A stretch of 64,000 bases of DNA from Gemmatales bacterium (GCA_041640595.1 JBEPZY010000004.1:1-64000), one strand, 5' to 3'; shown: positions 49,829 through 60,937, counted from the stretch's first letter. Notes: generated from the sequence alone by a model not told the origin. Program-made: numbers and translations.

Positions 49829-51415
49829 CTAAACCGTTTGTGGTGCCGAGGGCGACGAACATGCGGATTCGCTTGCCGAAACCATTTCACCCACCAGATC
49901 ATAGCCATCGGCCGAACTGATTGTGACCGGGACTAGTTCACCAGGCCGGCATGACGAGCGGCGAACGTAAACCAACCCGTCAATCTCCGGGGCATCGGCA
50001 TAGCTGCGCCCTAGAAGTCTGCCTTGCTGATCCCGGCCTTCGATAAGGACCTGGAGCTGTCGGCCGACCTGTTTCTCCGCCCAGGCGAACGCTACCTGTT
50101 GCTGAATTTCCATTAGCCGGTTGCGTCGCGCAACTTTGACCTCTTCCGGCAGGTGGCCATCCATCCGTGCCGAAGGGGTGTCCGGCTCGTATGAGTAGGT
50201 GAACACACCCAGACGCTGGAAATGACCCTGGGCAACAAATTCGCAGAGTTCCTCGAACTGGGCTTCGGTTTCGCCAGGGAAACCGACAATCATCGTGGTG
50301 CGTAACACCAGATCGGGGATCGCTTGCCGTAACCGTCGCAACAATTGTTCGATGTCCGACCGCGTAACCCGGCGTTGCATACGGCGCAGGACACGGTCAT
50401 TGATGTGCTGCAAGGGAATGTCGAGGTAATGCAGAATTTTCTCGGAATCAGCAATCACGCTGAGAAGTTCGTCGGTGATGTACATCGGATACAGGTAGAG
50501 CAAGCGAATCCAGCGGATGCCGTCCACGGTTTCTAATTGCCGCAACAGTTCGGCGAGCATCGGTCGGCCATACAGATCGAGGCCGTAATAGGTCAGGTCC
50601 TGCGCCACCAGATTCAGTTCCACGACACCATCGCCAGCCAGTTCGCGTGCCTCGGCGAGGATTTGTTCCAGCGGTTTACTGACGTGCTTGCCTCGCATTC
50701 TGGGAATCGCACAAAACGTACAAAGCCGGTCGCATCCCTCGGAGATTTTGAGGTAGGCGTAATGGCGCGGCGTAATCCGCAAACGTGCCTGGTCGGAAAA
50801 CGGACGGGACGGGGCGGGTCGAAAGAGGGTGCGTTGTTCGACAATGGCCAGCCAGCGCGGATCGGCCGGGGATTCGTCAAGGATGGGCAATGCCCGGCGG
50901 CCTTGCTGAGAAAGTGGCAGTTCGGTGCGGGCTTGAGGCATTTCCGCTGGCGAGACTTTTGCGGATTTCTCCTCTGCCTGGTTCTTCTTTCGGCGGGATT
51001 TCTTCTGTTTCCGGTTCAGGGCGGAGGTTTTCTGCAAAACTTTCCGGCATACCTGAGCAATTTCCTCCCGGCCAAACACGCCTACCAGCGCGTCAATTTC
51101 GGGCAATTCCTGCAGGAGTTGTTCACGCAGCCGTTCCGCCAGGCAACCGGCCACCACAACCGCTTTTACCTGACCTTGCCGTTTCAGTTCCAGCATTTCG
51201 CGGATGACTGCCAGCGATTCTTGCCGCGCTGCTTCGATGAAACCGCAGGTGTTGATGATGACCAGATCGGCATCTTCCGGTTCTGGCGTCAGGATCAGGC
51301 CGTCCTGCGCCAGAAGCCCCAACATCCGTTCGGAATCGACCGTGTTTTTCGCGCAGCCGAGACTGACGAAGGCGAAAGAGGCGCTGGGCTTTCGGTGGGT
51401 TGCTGTCCGCGACAA
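49829..51415 (-). CDS. rimO: Ribosomal protein S12 methylthiotransferase
   Basis: SLGCAKNTVDSE, NTCGFI, KISEGCDRLCTFC, TRAM domain (DAPEIDG); probable TTG start at 51415 after GGGAG. Confidence 0.95.
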   Translation of the reverse strand: MSRTATHRKPSASFAFVSLGCAKNTVDSERMLGLLAQDGLILTPEPEDADLVIINTCGFIEAARQESLAVIREMLELKRQGQVKAVVVAGCLAERLREQLLQELPEIDALVGVFGREEIAQVCRKVLQKTSALNRKQKKSRRKKNQAEEKSAKVSPAEMPQARTELPLSQQGRRALPILDESPADPRWLAIVEQRTLFRPAPSRPFSDQARLRITPRHYAYLKISEGCDRLCTFCAIPRMRGKHVSKPLEQILAEARELAGDGVVELNLVAQDLTYYGLDLYGRPMLAELLRQLETVDGIRWIRLLYLYPMYITDELLSVIADSEKILHYLDIPLQHINDRVLRRMQRRVTRSDIEQLLRRLRQAIPDLVLRTTMIVGFPGETEAQFEELCEFVAQGHFQRLGVFTYSYEPDTPSARMDGHLPEEVKVARRNRLMEIQQQVAFAWAEKQVGRQLQVLIEGRDQQGRLLGRSYADAPEIDGLVYVRRSSCRPGELVPVTISSADGYDLVGEMVSASESACSSPSAPQTV

Positions 51416-51837
51416 AGCGATTCTCCCCTGCACCGACGGCGACGATTGCTTAGAATCTGAAGCGTCTATATTATCCGCAACGCCTCCGGTACTGGCAACG
51501 AAGTCGCTCAGCCTGACCAACGGGCAGCACCTGTGCCTTCGGCGCAATAGTCAACCGCGGCCAATCGTTTCCGCTGGCTTACGGCTTAAGAATTGCCACG
51601 CGATTGGCTGCCTGCGTTATGAACGTGTTGGATTGCGAAAGACACCGAATCCCCGCATAGGCGATCTTCGCCAGCCCTTACAAACGGCACCGACACCAGC
51701 CCCGGTGCCTGCTCGGACTGCAGGAAGCTCCGGCTAATCGAGCTCCCGGAACATCCAGCATCGCGCTTGGGCCATCCACTGGTCTAGCGGGTCGGCAAGT
51801 GCCTACTGCAACCCCGCGCAAACTCCAACCGGCGGGC

Positions 51838-52467
51838 TCAGCGCCGACGTTGCAAACGTTGCATCTCCGCTATCATACGCCGCAGCTGCTCTAACTGTTG
51901 GCGTTGGAGTCGCTCCAGATACTGCATTTCCCGGCGGAATTGCGGTAATTGCCGACGTTGCGCCTGAAGCATGCGCTGCTGTAACTGCCGCATCTGCTGC
52001 GTTACTTTCTGGTACTCCTGAATCTGCTCTTCGTAGGCTTTGGTAAAGTACGAAGAAAACTCGTCCCAGGAGACCAGTCCATCGTTGTTGCTATCCACGG
52101 CTTCAAAGAACTGAACATCGAGCGGCTTCACAACAGGTTTGTAGGCGGGTTTGTTGGTTTCAGGTTTGTCCTGGGGTTTTTGCGGTTCGAGGAGGTTCTT
52201 ATCGTTGAATGGGTTTCCGCCACCCGCCTGGTTTTTGTTCAGCAATTCCGGAGCGGGTTTAGCACTCGGCCCGCGGAAGAACTTGGCCGCCTCTTCCGGG
52301 TCTATGTTGCCGTCCTTATTCTTGTCCATCCGGTCAAACTGCTGACGGAGAATCTGCTCAATGTCCGCATGGAGCTGAACTCCCGCGTTCGGCTTATTCG
52401 GCTTATTCTGCGCCTGGACAAACGTGACCGCCGTCAGCACCAGAGTTCCCGCCAACAGCCATCGCAT
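51838..52467 (-). CDS. Secreted EF-hand protein with Gln/Arg-rich coiled coil
   Basis: DKNKDGNIDPEE and DSNNDGLVSWDE; signal peptide; GGAG RBS. Confidence 0.85.
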   Translation of the reverse strand: MRWLLAGTLVLTAVTFVQAQNKPNKPNAGVQLHADIEQILRQQFDRMDKNKDGNIDPEEAAKFFRGPSAKPAPELLNKNQAGGGNPFNDKNLLEPQKPQDKPETNKPAYKPVVKPLDVQFFEAVDSNNDGLVSWDEFSSYFTKAYEEQIQEYQKVTQQMRQLQQRMLQAQRRQLPQFRREMQYLERLQRQQLEQLRRMIAEMQRLQRRR

Positions 52468-53067
52468 GGTATGCTCCTACTATTCGGGGCAGCCGTATGG
52501 CTTACCGATTCAATCCACAATCCACAAGACCGCCTAAAATGTCGTATTTGTCCGCCGGTTGGAGAAAAGCGTGCTCAATCTCCTCGGGCTGCACTCTACT
52601 ATATTGACGCTACGAGCTTCGGAAAAGTTCCGCGATTTTCTTTACAGCCGAGCCTTGGGCCTGACCGGTACGCCTAGCAAGTGCACAGGGAAAACTCGCC
52701 ATCGGTATGGTTGCCCCGGACGCATAGCATGGGAAGATGCGGACAAAAACAGGGTGCGCGAAAACAACGCGACGCAGCTATCGCACGGCGGAAGTCATTT
52801 TGGGTGGATGGAGCGTTTTTGGAGTTAGCTTATGTTTACAATAGGGCATGTCGGGGAGCAAAACCGGGCTTGACCCTGGCTATTGTCTGTCCTGAACAAG
52901 GACGGCTTTGCCAGCATTTAGCATCGGGTCAGCTTGCCCACCAGAGGTGCTGTACGTCGGCAATTTCCCGGAAATAGGTCAACCGGGCTGCCCGACCGTG
53001 ATTGGTGGCGAAACGCTAACGGTGATGCTTTTACCGACCGCTATCGGAGACCGCGAGGATTAAAGCA

Positions 53068-56000
53068 ATGCCTTTCGAGAAGGTAGAGACCACTTTCGAT
53101 TTGCCGGCACTGGAACGCGAAATCCTGCGCTTCTGGGAGCAAACGCAGGCATTTGAAAAACTGCGGGAAAAAAATCGCGGCAAACCGAAGTGGTCGTTTC
53201 TCGACGGTCCGATCACCGCCAACAATCCGATGGGGGTGCATCATGCCTGGGGACGCACCTACAAGGATCTGTTTCAGCGGTTCCAGGCCATGACCGGGCA
53301 CGAGCTACGCTACCAGAACGGTTTCGATTGCCAGGGATTGTGGGTCGAAGTGGAGGTGGAAAAGGAACTGGGGCTGCGTTCCAAACAGGACATTGAGAAT
53401 CTGGTGCCGGGCGATCGTTTCGCCAGCATTGATCGGTTTGTGCAACTGTGCAAGCAGCGGGTGGATCGCTTTGCCCGTATTCAGACGCAGCAAAGCATTC
53501 GCCTGGGTTACTGGATGGACTGGGACCGCGAGGAAGACTGGCAGAAACCGCCCGACCAGCGCCGCAGTTACTACACCATGTCGGAGGAAAACAACTACAC
53601 CATCTGGCACTTTCTGAAGCGATGTCACCAGCGAGGCTTAATTTACCGTGCCTACGATGCCATGCCCTGGTGCCCGCGCTGTGCCGTCGGCATCAGCCAG
53701 ATGGAGATGCACGAAGGTTACGAACGGGTGGCGCATCGGGCCGTGTTTGTGCGTTTCCCCTTGCGGGGTCGCCCAGGTGAAAACCTCCTGGTCTGGACGA
53801 CCACACCGTGGACGCTTTCCAGCAACGTCGCCTGTGCGGTACATCCGGACTTGACGTACCTGCGGGTGCGGCATCAGGGGCAGATTTATTACGTGGCCAG
53901 GGGAGCGTTCACTTATCCACGGCTGGAAGAGGAGTTTCGCCGCAAGGAATGGGTTGAGGGTGTGCCCAAACTCAAGACCGTTGAACAAATCTTCCGCGAA
54001 CGTGGTGGCTACGAAATTGTCGGCGAGATGCGTGGCTCGGAGATGCTGGGCTGGAGTTACGATGGGCCTTTCGATGAGCTTCCCGCTCAGCAGCATCCCT
54101 ACGGTTATCCCGCGGAGATTGCCGAGGTAGCGAAACGGCAAGGTTGGTCGGCTGGCGTATCGGCCCGGGAGGCGCATCGGGTCATTGCTTGGGACGCGGT
54201 AGGCGAAACGGAAGGAACCGGCATCGTGCATATTGCTCCCGGCTGCGGTGCCGAGGACTTTGAGCTGGGCAAACACGAAAAGTTGCCACCGATTGCCCCG
54301 CTGGACGACCAGGGGAGGTTTTTGAGCGGTTTTGGTCCACTGACGGGAATGCTCGCCTACGACCCGACCCTCACTGATTGCGTTCTGGATTCGCTCCGGC
54401 AAAAAGGATTGCTCGTGGCCGTCGAGCAATATCCGCACAACTATCCCCACTGCTGGCGATGCAAGACCGAATTGCTCTTCCGCCTGGTGGACGAATGGTA
54501 CATCCGCATGGACTGGCGTGAGGAGATCATGCGGGTCTGTTACGACATCACCTGGATACCCGAATTCGGGTTGCAGCGGGAGCTGGACTGGTTACGCAAT
54601 ATGGGCGACTGGATGATTTCCAAAAAGCGTTACTGGGGTTTGGCATTGCCCATCTGGGTGTGTGAGCAGTGCGGCTGGTTCGACGTAATTGGTGGGCGTC
54701 GGGAATTACGCGAACGAGCGATTGCCGGCTGGGAAAAATTCGAGGGCCATTCGCCGCATCGCCCCTGGATTGACCTGGTGAAAATCCGTTGCGGGGAGTG
54801 TGGCGGTGTGGCCAGCCGCGTTCCCGATGTCGGCAATCCCTGGCTTGATGCTGGCATCGTGCCTTTCTCGACCATGCGTTACAACACCGAGTTCCACCCC
54901 GATGACCCCGAACGCACCTACTGGAAGACCTGGTTCCCGGCGGATTTCATTACCGAGTGTTTCCCGGGCCAGTTCCGCAACTGGTTTTACGCGCTTCTGG
55001 CCATGAGCACGATGCTGGAGCAACGCGCACCGTTCAAGACGCTGCTTGGCCACGCCCTGGTGCGGGATCAGGACGGGGAAGAAATGCACAAATCGAAAGG
55101 TAACGCCATTCCGTTTGAAGGCGCGGCCGATGAAGGTTACAGTATCGTTACCCGAGACGGTCGAACGCTGACCTGTCCGCCCATGGGAGCCGACCTGATC
55201 CGCTGGATGTTCGCCCGGCACAACCCGGCGGTCAACATCAATTTTGGTCCGAGACCGGCCGAGGAGATCCGCAACCAGTTCTTCCTCAAACTGTGGAACA
55301 CGTATGCCTTTTTCTGCAACTATGCCCGCCTGGATCAGTTCGATCCGAAATCGCCGCCCGTGCCGCTCGAACGCCGAACCGAGATGGATCGCTGGATTCT
55401 GTCCGATTTGCAGTTGCTGGTGCAGACGGCCTGGCGGGAACTGGCCCGGTACAACGCCATGACTGTTTGCCTGGAAGTGGAAAAATTCGTGGATGAAAAG
55501 CTCAGCAACTGGTACGTTCGCCGCAACCGCCGCCGCTTCTGGAAAAGCGAGGCCAGCGAAGATAAACTGGCGGCTTACCAGACGCTCTACGAAGTTCTGG
55601 TTACGCTGTGCCGGTTGCTGGCACCGATCATCCCGTTTACCACCGAAGCCATGTATCAAAACCTGGTGGTACGGGGGCGGGGCATCGAAGACGGCGCATT
55701 GCCGTTCAGTGTGCACTTATGCGATTATCCCCAGGCCAAAACCGAGTGGATCAATAGCGAATTGTCGGCGGATATGGCCGTGGTGTTGCGGCTGGTGTCG
55801 TTAGGTCTGGCGGCTCGCAATCAGGTCAAAATCAAGGTGCGGCAACCGCTGGCGGAAATGAAAGTGCAGGCCCAGGACGAACGCGTCCAGCGCGTGCTGG
55901 AACGTTTCCGCGAACCCATCCTGGACGAGCTGAACATCAAAACGCTCCAGTGGGTTCCGCCGCAACAGGCCCTGGTCAGTTACCGCGTCCAGCCCGATGC

Positions 56001-56532
56001 CAAACAACTCGGCCCGAAACTGGGTGGCCAGTTCCCGGCTCTGATGCAAGCGCTCAGCCAGGCGGATTCCGCACAGCACGCTCACTGGGCCGAACGCATC
56101 CGCCAGGGCGAAACCATCTCGGTTCCGGTCGGTGACACTGCGTTGACATTGCTGCCTTCGGAATTGCAGGTGCAACTGGTAGCACCCGATGGCTGGGTCG
56201 CCGCCGAGGAGAAAGGCATCCTGGTGCTGCTGGACACCCGGATTACGCCGACGTTGAAACTCGAAGGACTGGCCCGTGATGTCGTTCGCCACATTCAGAA
56301 CCTGCGCAAACAGGCTCAGCTCGAACTCGAAGACCGCATTATCCTGTACCTGGCCACACCGTCGGCAGAGTTACAATCGGCGCTGCAGGCTCACCGCGAT
56401 TACATCGCTGCCGAAACCCTGACCATCCACTGGGCCAGCCAGCCACTCGGTGATGCCGCTGCTCACACCGAGGTTCGCCTCGAAGGGTATCCCTTGCGGA
56501 TCGAGTTACGCAAAGCCACGCCCCAGGCCTAA
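53068..56532 (+). CDS. ileS: Isoleucine--tRNA ligase (type 2-like)
   Basis: DGPITANNPMGVHH, WTTTPWTL, GTGIVHIAPG, DWMISKKRYWG, EMHKSKGN, SNWYVRRNR. Confidence 0.95.
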   Translation: MPFEKVETTFDLPALEREILRFWEQTQAFEKLREKNRGKPKWSFLDGPITANNPMGVHHAWGRTYKDLFQRFQAMTGHELRYQNGFDCQGLWVEVEVEKELGLRSKQDIENLVPGDRFASIDRFVQLCKQRVDRFARIQTQQSIRLGYWMDWDREEDWQKPPDQRRSYYTMSEENNYTIWHFLKRCHQRGLIYRAYDAMPWCPRCAVGISQMEMHEGYERVAHRAVFVRFPLRGRPGENLLVWTTTPWTLSSNVACAVHPDLTYLRVRHQGQIYYVARGAFTYPRLEEEFRRKEWVEGVPKLKTVEQIFRERGGYEIVGEMRGSEMLGWSYDGPFDELPAQQHPYGYPAEIAEVAKRQGWSAGVSAREAHRVIAWDAVGETEGTGIVHIAPGCGAEDFELGKHEKLPPIAPLDDQGRFLSGFGPLTGMLAYDPTLTDCVLDSLRQKGLLVAVEQYPHNYPHCWRCKTELLFRLVDEWYIRMDWREEIMRVCYDITWIPEFGLQRELDWLRNMGDWMISKKRYWGLALPIWVCEQCGWFDVIGGRRELRERAIAGWEKFEGHSPHRPWIDLVKIRCGECGGVASRVPDVGNPWLDAGIVPFSTMRYNTEFHPDDPERTYWKTWFPADFITECFPGQFRNWFYALLAMSTMLEQRAPFKTLLGHALVRDQDGEEMHKSKGNAIPFEGAADEGYSIVTRDGRTLTCPPMGADLIRWMFARHNPAVNINFGPRPAEEIRNQFFLKLWNTYAFFCNYARLDQFDPKSPPVPLERRTEMDRWILSDLQLLVQTAWRELARYNAMTVCLEVEKFVDEKLSNWYVRRNRRRFWKSEASEDKLAAYQTLYEVLVTLCRLLAPIIPFTTEAMYQNLVVRGRGIEDGALPFSVHLCDYPQAKTEWINSELSADMAVVLRLVSLGLAARNQVKIKVRQPLAEMKVQAQDERVQRVLERFREPILDELNIKTLQWVPPQQALVSYRVQPDAKQLGPKLGGQFPALMQALSQADSAQHAHWAERIRQGETISVPVGDTALTLLPSELQVQLVAPDGWVAAEEKGILVLLDTRITPTLKLEGLARDVVRHIQNLRKQAQLELEDRIILYLATPSAELQSALQAHRDYIAAETLTIHWASQPLGDAAAHTEVRLEGYPLRIELRKATPQA

Positions 56533-57075
56533 CGGCTCCTCGCTTTCAACCCGCTACTTGGTGCGGGTACGATCGCCACTCACGGCGTACCTGTGCGCTA
56601 ATTCTGGAGAGGCTGTCGCTGACATCCTGTCATCCGCGAATCGTGTAACCGTTCGCTATCCGGAGAATGCAACGCTTGGTCGGCGTTTTTCGGTTTTTGC
56701 CGTGCGCACTGCGTGATGTTTGCTGGTAAGCTATTGGGTCAGGGAAGCTCTCCCGGCCTCGCTGTTCGCTGCTCATTATTTGGGGCCCGATAGTTCGATA
56801 GCCTGTCGCTTATCGTTCGCTGCGTACTGGTTGGCTGGGTGCCTCGCATCTGGCATGGCCGATCTTTTGCCACGCCGTCAGCCAGACCGCTTCGTATGCG
56901 GCCTCGCCAGGGGCAACCACACCCGTTGGAAAGGCCGTACCGCTGCCGTAAACTAATGTTAGACCTATTTCGGGATTTTGCGCTGGATTTTTATCGCGTT
57001 TACTTTTTGCCCTGGCTTGATTGTCCGGCTCCTGGTCGGATTGCTCGGGCTTCATCATGCAAAAGGAGGTAGGAT

Positions 57076-57675
57076 ATGGCTCAACAGGTTATCGTGGTGG
57101 CTTGTCCAAAGTGCCAGGCACGCTTTCAGGCTCCGGCAACACTGCTCGGTAAAAAGGTCAAGTGCAAAAAATGCGGCGGGGTGGTTACCGTCGCACCCGC
57201 CCGGGACGAGGAAGAATGGAGCAAAAATCCCAATCCCTACTCGGTCACTCAGGAAAACTACTCGGTCGTCCGTTGCCCCTTCTGTGCTCATGAGCTGGAG
57301 AGCGAGGACCAGAAAATCTGTCTCAATTGCGGTTTCAACTTAGTAACCCGCCAGCGCATGGAAACAAAAGTCCTCGAACCAGTCACCGCGGTGGATTATA
57401 TGGTCTGGTTGGCCCCCGGTATCCTGTCCGCAATTGGGATGCTGCTTTGCCTGGGATGCATCCTTTGCTTTTTGCTGGCTAAGCCCGACTTACGCGAGTA
57501 TGGCCTGGGCTGGCTGCAATTTCGTTCCGGGGAAAATGAAATGATCCCGATCTACGCCAGCGTCGGCATGGGCTTTCTGGCGTTTTTTGCTGCCAAATTC
57601 GCCTTTCAACGGCTGGTGCTCAATCCGCGACCGCCGGAAGCACCAAAACGTAAAAAGAAAGAGGGCGAAGACTAA
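57076..57675 (+). CDS. Zinc-ribbon membrane protein
   Basis: CPKC...CKKC and CPFC...CLNC, two TM segments; AGGAGGT RBS. Confidence 0.82.
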   Translation: MAQQVIVVACPKCQARFQAPATLLGKKVKCKKCGGVVTVAPARDEEEWSKNPNPYSVTQENYSVVRCPFCAHELESEDQKICLNCGFNLVTRQRMETKVLEPVTAVDYMVWLAPGILSAIGMLLCLGCILCFLLAKPDLREYGLGWLQFRSGENEMIPIYASVGMGFLAFFAAKFAFQRLVLNPRPPEAPKRKKKEGED

Positions 57676-57734
57676 GCCCTCTGCGATTCTATGGTTCTAT
57701 CCTCGATCGCCTCCTGACGGAAAGCACCGTCGGT

Positions 57735-58370
57735 TTATTTTTCGGGACGAATCTCGCGGAACTGAATGTCCTTGAAGATCACCTCCATGGGTCCGCCCGC
57801 GTGAAGCTGCCAGGCGATGATCCCTTTGTCCGGCATTTTCGGAAACTCCCCGTCCACCATGGTCACGCCGTTGATTTTGATCGTAACATGCTTGCCCACG
57901 CAGCGGATGGAATAGTGGTTGAAGTCGGCCGGTTTGACAGCCTTTGCGATCAGCTCTTTCGGAGCAGCCTGCATCATACCGCCGAAATGCTCTCCGTAAA
58001 GGCTGCCCCAGTATCCCTCGCCGATGTCACACTGGGGGCCGCGCACCGCGAATTTCTCTTTGTCGAAGATTTCGCTGCGAATCTGCACACCGCTGTTTCC
58101 CCGGCCGTTTTTTAACCGCACCTGAAAACTCAACTCAAAGTCGCCGTATTCCCGTTCGCTGCATAAAAACGTGTTGAATTTCAGGCCGGTTGGCTCGGTC
58201 GAACCCACGATTGCCCCGTCCACTACCTTCCAGTATTGCGTCAAACCTCGCCAGCCGGTCAGGTCCTTGCCGTTGAAAAACACCGGTTTTTCCTGGCTGG
58301 AAACCCCGTCCGTCATCGCCAGGGTGGCCACACACACCAGCCATCCCGCTTTCCAGAGCAGCATCCGCAT
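57735..58370 (-). CDS. DUF1080 (3-keto-disaccharide hydrolase family) protein
   Basis: FNGKDLTGW, YGDFEL, GNSGVQIRS, GIIAWQLH. Confidence 0.92.
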   Translation of the reverse strand: MRMLLWKAGWLVCVATLAMTDGVSSQEKPVFFNGKDLTGWRGLTQYWKVVDGAIVGSTEPTGLKFNTFLCSEREYGDFELSFQVRLKNGRGNSGVQIRSEIFDKEKFAVRGPQCDIGEGYWGSLYGEHFGGMMQAAPKELIAKAVKPADFNHYSIRCVGKHVTIKINGVTMVDGEFPKMPDKGIIAWQLHAGGPMEVIFKDIQFREIRPEK

Positions 58371-58576
58371 CGTGATACTCCTGTTGTTAGCTGGCTGTCA
58401 TCCTTGCTCAGACTCGTAGTCCATGCTTTATTGTGGTGACACAGCGCTGACAGCCCAGCGCTGCGGTAAAGACTCGATTTGCGGTCTGGCAATTATCGCT
58501 TATTCTATGACCTGGCCGGTGGTTTTCACTATACTAAGAAACCAACCGAAAGGGGGATGATGCTGGAGAAAAGCTG

Positions 58577-59005
58577 ATGCAAACGCGTTGTCCTGGGTGC
58601 CAGTCGCAATTGCGGGTTCCTGATGAATTTCTGGGCAAGCGTGTCAAATGCCCGAAATGCGGACACATCTTTCAAGCTGGACAATCACCGCCCCCAGTCG
58701 TGGAAGTCGAGCCTGTCGAAGAAGAAGAACAGCAATCGAGCGTGCCAGCAACGCTCAAGAAAAAGAAGAAAAAAGCACGGAAACAACTGGGATTCTGGGA
58801 ACGCACAGTTCGCGATACCTCGCTGTTTTTGCTCATTCCTTGCGGACTATGTTGCCCGTTACCTGCGCTCATTCTTGGGGCGATAGGCATGGGCACGTTC
58901 ACTGATGCAGATGCCCAGGAAAATGCCAAAATCCTGACCATCTGCGCCGGTATCGGCATCGCGATTGGGGCCGTGCTACGCCTTATCGCTATGTTTATTC
59001 AGTAA
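58577..59005 (+). CDS. Zinc-ribbon membrane protein
   Basis: CPGC...GKRVKCPKC and two C-terminal TM helices. Confidence 0.82.
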   Translation: MQTRCPGCQSQLRVPDEFLGKRVKCPKCGHIFQAGQSPPPVVEVEPVEEEEQQSSVPATLKKKKKKARKQLGFWERTVRDTSLFLLIPCGLCCPLPALILGAIGMGTFTDADAQENAKILTICAGIGIAIGAVLRLIAMFIQ

Positions 59006-59053
59006 ACGGCACTAACGAACCTTGCGAACATAACGAGGGCACGGAGATAGCAC

Positions 59054-60775
59054 ATGGAACGGTATTACCGCTCAGCAATCGGAGGGATGGCGGTGGCGAT
59101 TATGCTGGCACTCGGCTCAGCCAACGGTGGTAACAATGCCAACACGCCCGAGGAGCGTGCTCGTGCTTTTATTCGCTATTACGAGGAACAGGTTCGTCCG
59201 CTGGAGATCGCGGTCAACCTCGCCTGGTGGCAGGCCAACATCACCGGCAAAGACGAAGATTTCAAAGCCAAGGAAGAAGCCCAGAACAAACTCGATGCGG
59301 CTCTGAGTAACCGCGAGCGCTTCGCCGAACTCAAGGCTTTGCACGGGCAGGTGCAGGATCGCTTGCTGGCCCGGCAAATCCACCTGCTTTACCTGGCCCA
59401 TCTGGAAAAGCAAGTCGAGCCGGAACTGCTGCGGCAAATCACCAGCAAAGCCAACGCCATCGAAAAGGCGTTCAACGTTTACCGGGCTCGAGTCGGCGAC
59501 CGCGAAATGACCGACAGCGAAGTTCGGCGTGTCCTGAAACAATCCACCGATAGCGCCCACCGAAAAGCCGTCTGGGAAGCCAGTAAAGCAGTCGGCAGCG
59601 TGGTGGAAAAGGATTTGCGTGAGCTGGTGCGATTGCGTAATCAGGCGGCACGCAAACTCGGTTTCCGCGACTACCACGTTTTGCAGCTGTACATCAACGA
59701 GCAGGACCAGGCCGAGCTGGGCCGCCTGTTTGACGAGCTGGATGAGCTGACCCGGGAACCATTCCGGCAATTGAAAGAGCGAATCGATCGTGTGCTGGCC
59801 AAACAGTACGGCATCAGTGTCGGCGACCTGCGCCCCTGGCATTACAAAGACCCATTCTTCCAGGAATCGGTGAGCGATTACACCGCTGATCCCGACAATC
59901 CGAAACCAGCCGCCGACCTGGATGCCGTTTATGCCAAGGCCGACATCGTCCGTATCTGTCGGGACTACTACGCGAGTATCGGTTTGCCTGTGGATGATGT
60001 GCTGGCGCGGAGCGATCTGTTTGAGAAGCCTGGCAAAAGTCCGCATGCCTTTTGCATTGACATTGACCGGGAAGGCGATGTTCGCGTGCTCGCCAACATC
60101 GTCCCCAACGAATACTGGATGAACACCATGCTCCATGAGCTGGGGCACGCGGTCTATAGCAAATACGTGCCGCGAACTTTACCTTACGTGCTGCGGGCGG
60201 AGTCTCACATCCTGACCACGGAAGGGATCGCCATGATGATGGAGCGGGCGAGCAAACAGTCCGCCTGGGCACAGGCCATGGGCTTGCACGTTGCCGATCC
60301 GCAGGCTTTCGACGCGACTGGCCAGCGGATGTTGCAGGCGCAATTGCTTATCTTTTCACGCTGGTGTCAGGTCATGTTTCGCTTTGAGAAAGAGATGTAT
60401 GCCAACCCCGAGCAAGACCTGAACAAACTCTGGTGGGACCTGGTGGAGAAGTATCAACTGGTCCGTCGCCCCGAAGGGCGCAACGCTCCGGATTACGCGA
60501 GCAAGATTCACATCGTCAGTGCTCCGTGCTACTATCACAACTACATGCTGGGGGAAATGTTCGCCTGCCAGGTACACCACGCTATCGCCCGCGACGTGTT
60601 GCGGACCAGTCCAGACAAAGCCCTCTACGTCAACCGCAAGGAAGTCGGCGAGTTTCTGAAACAGCGGGTCTTTGGTCCGGGGCGGAGTATGACCTGGAAT
60701 GAACTCACCAAATTCGCCACCGGTGAGGAACTGAGCCCCAAAGCGTTTGCCCGTGATTTCGGCCAGACACGGTAA
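59054..60775 (+). CDS. Secreted M2/M3-family zinc metallopeptidase
   Basis: HELGH, TEGIA, DYASKIH, YYHNY. Confidence 0.9.
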   Translation: MERYYRSAIGGMAVAIMLALGSANGGNNANTPEERARAFIRYYEEQVRPLEIAVNLAWWQANITGKDEDFKAKEEAQNKLDAALSNRERFAELKALHGQVQDRLLARQIHLLYLAHLEKQVEPELLRQITSKANAIEKAFNVYRARVGDREMTDSEVRRVLKQSTDSAHRKAVWEASKAVGSVVEKDLRELVRLRNQAARKLGFRDYHVLQLYINEQDQAELGRLFDELDELTREPFRQLKERIDRVLAKQYGISVGDLRPWHYKDPFFQESVSDYTADPDNPKPAADLDAVYAKADIVRICRDYYASIGLPVDDVLARSDLFEKPGKSPHAFCIDIDREGDVRVLANIVPNEYWMNTMLHELGHAVYSKYVPRTLPYVLRAESHILTTEGIAMMMERASKQSAWAQAMGLHVADPQAFDATGQRMLQAQLLIFSRWCQVMFRFEKEMYANPEQDLNKLWWDLVEKYQLVRRPEGRNAPDYASKIHIVSAPCYYHNYMLGEMFACQVHHAIARDVLRTSPDKALYVNRKEVGEFLKQRVFGPGRSMTWNELTKFATGEELSPKAFARDFGQTR

Positions 60776-60793
60776 ACGTGATGGCACTTGACA

Positions 60794-60937
60794 AGTGGCC
60801 GGTGGTCAGTGGCCAGTGATCAGGGATCGGTGGCCAGTGGTCAGCAACCTGCGGTAACGTCGATCAGAGGTCGACGGTTGCTGCTCGCTGGTCAGAGAAA
60901 GCGTGCCCTGGTGGCAAGTGGTCAGTGGTCGGTGACT
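60794..60937. repeat. Heptamer tandem repeats (consensus RGTGGYC)
   Basis: 7 units at 60794-60842 and about 4 units at 60910-60937. Confidence 0.85.

Noticed and set aside
52468..53067. T-box leader upstream of ileS
   Set aside because: No T-box consensus or terminator is visible.
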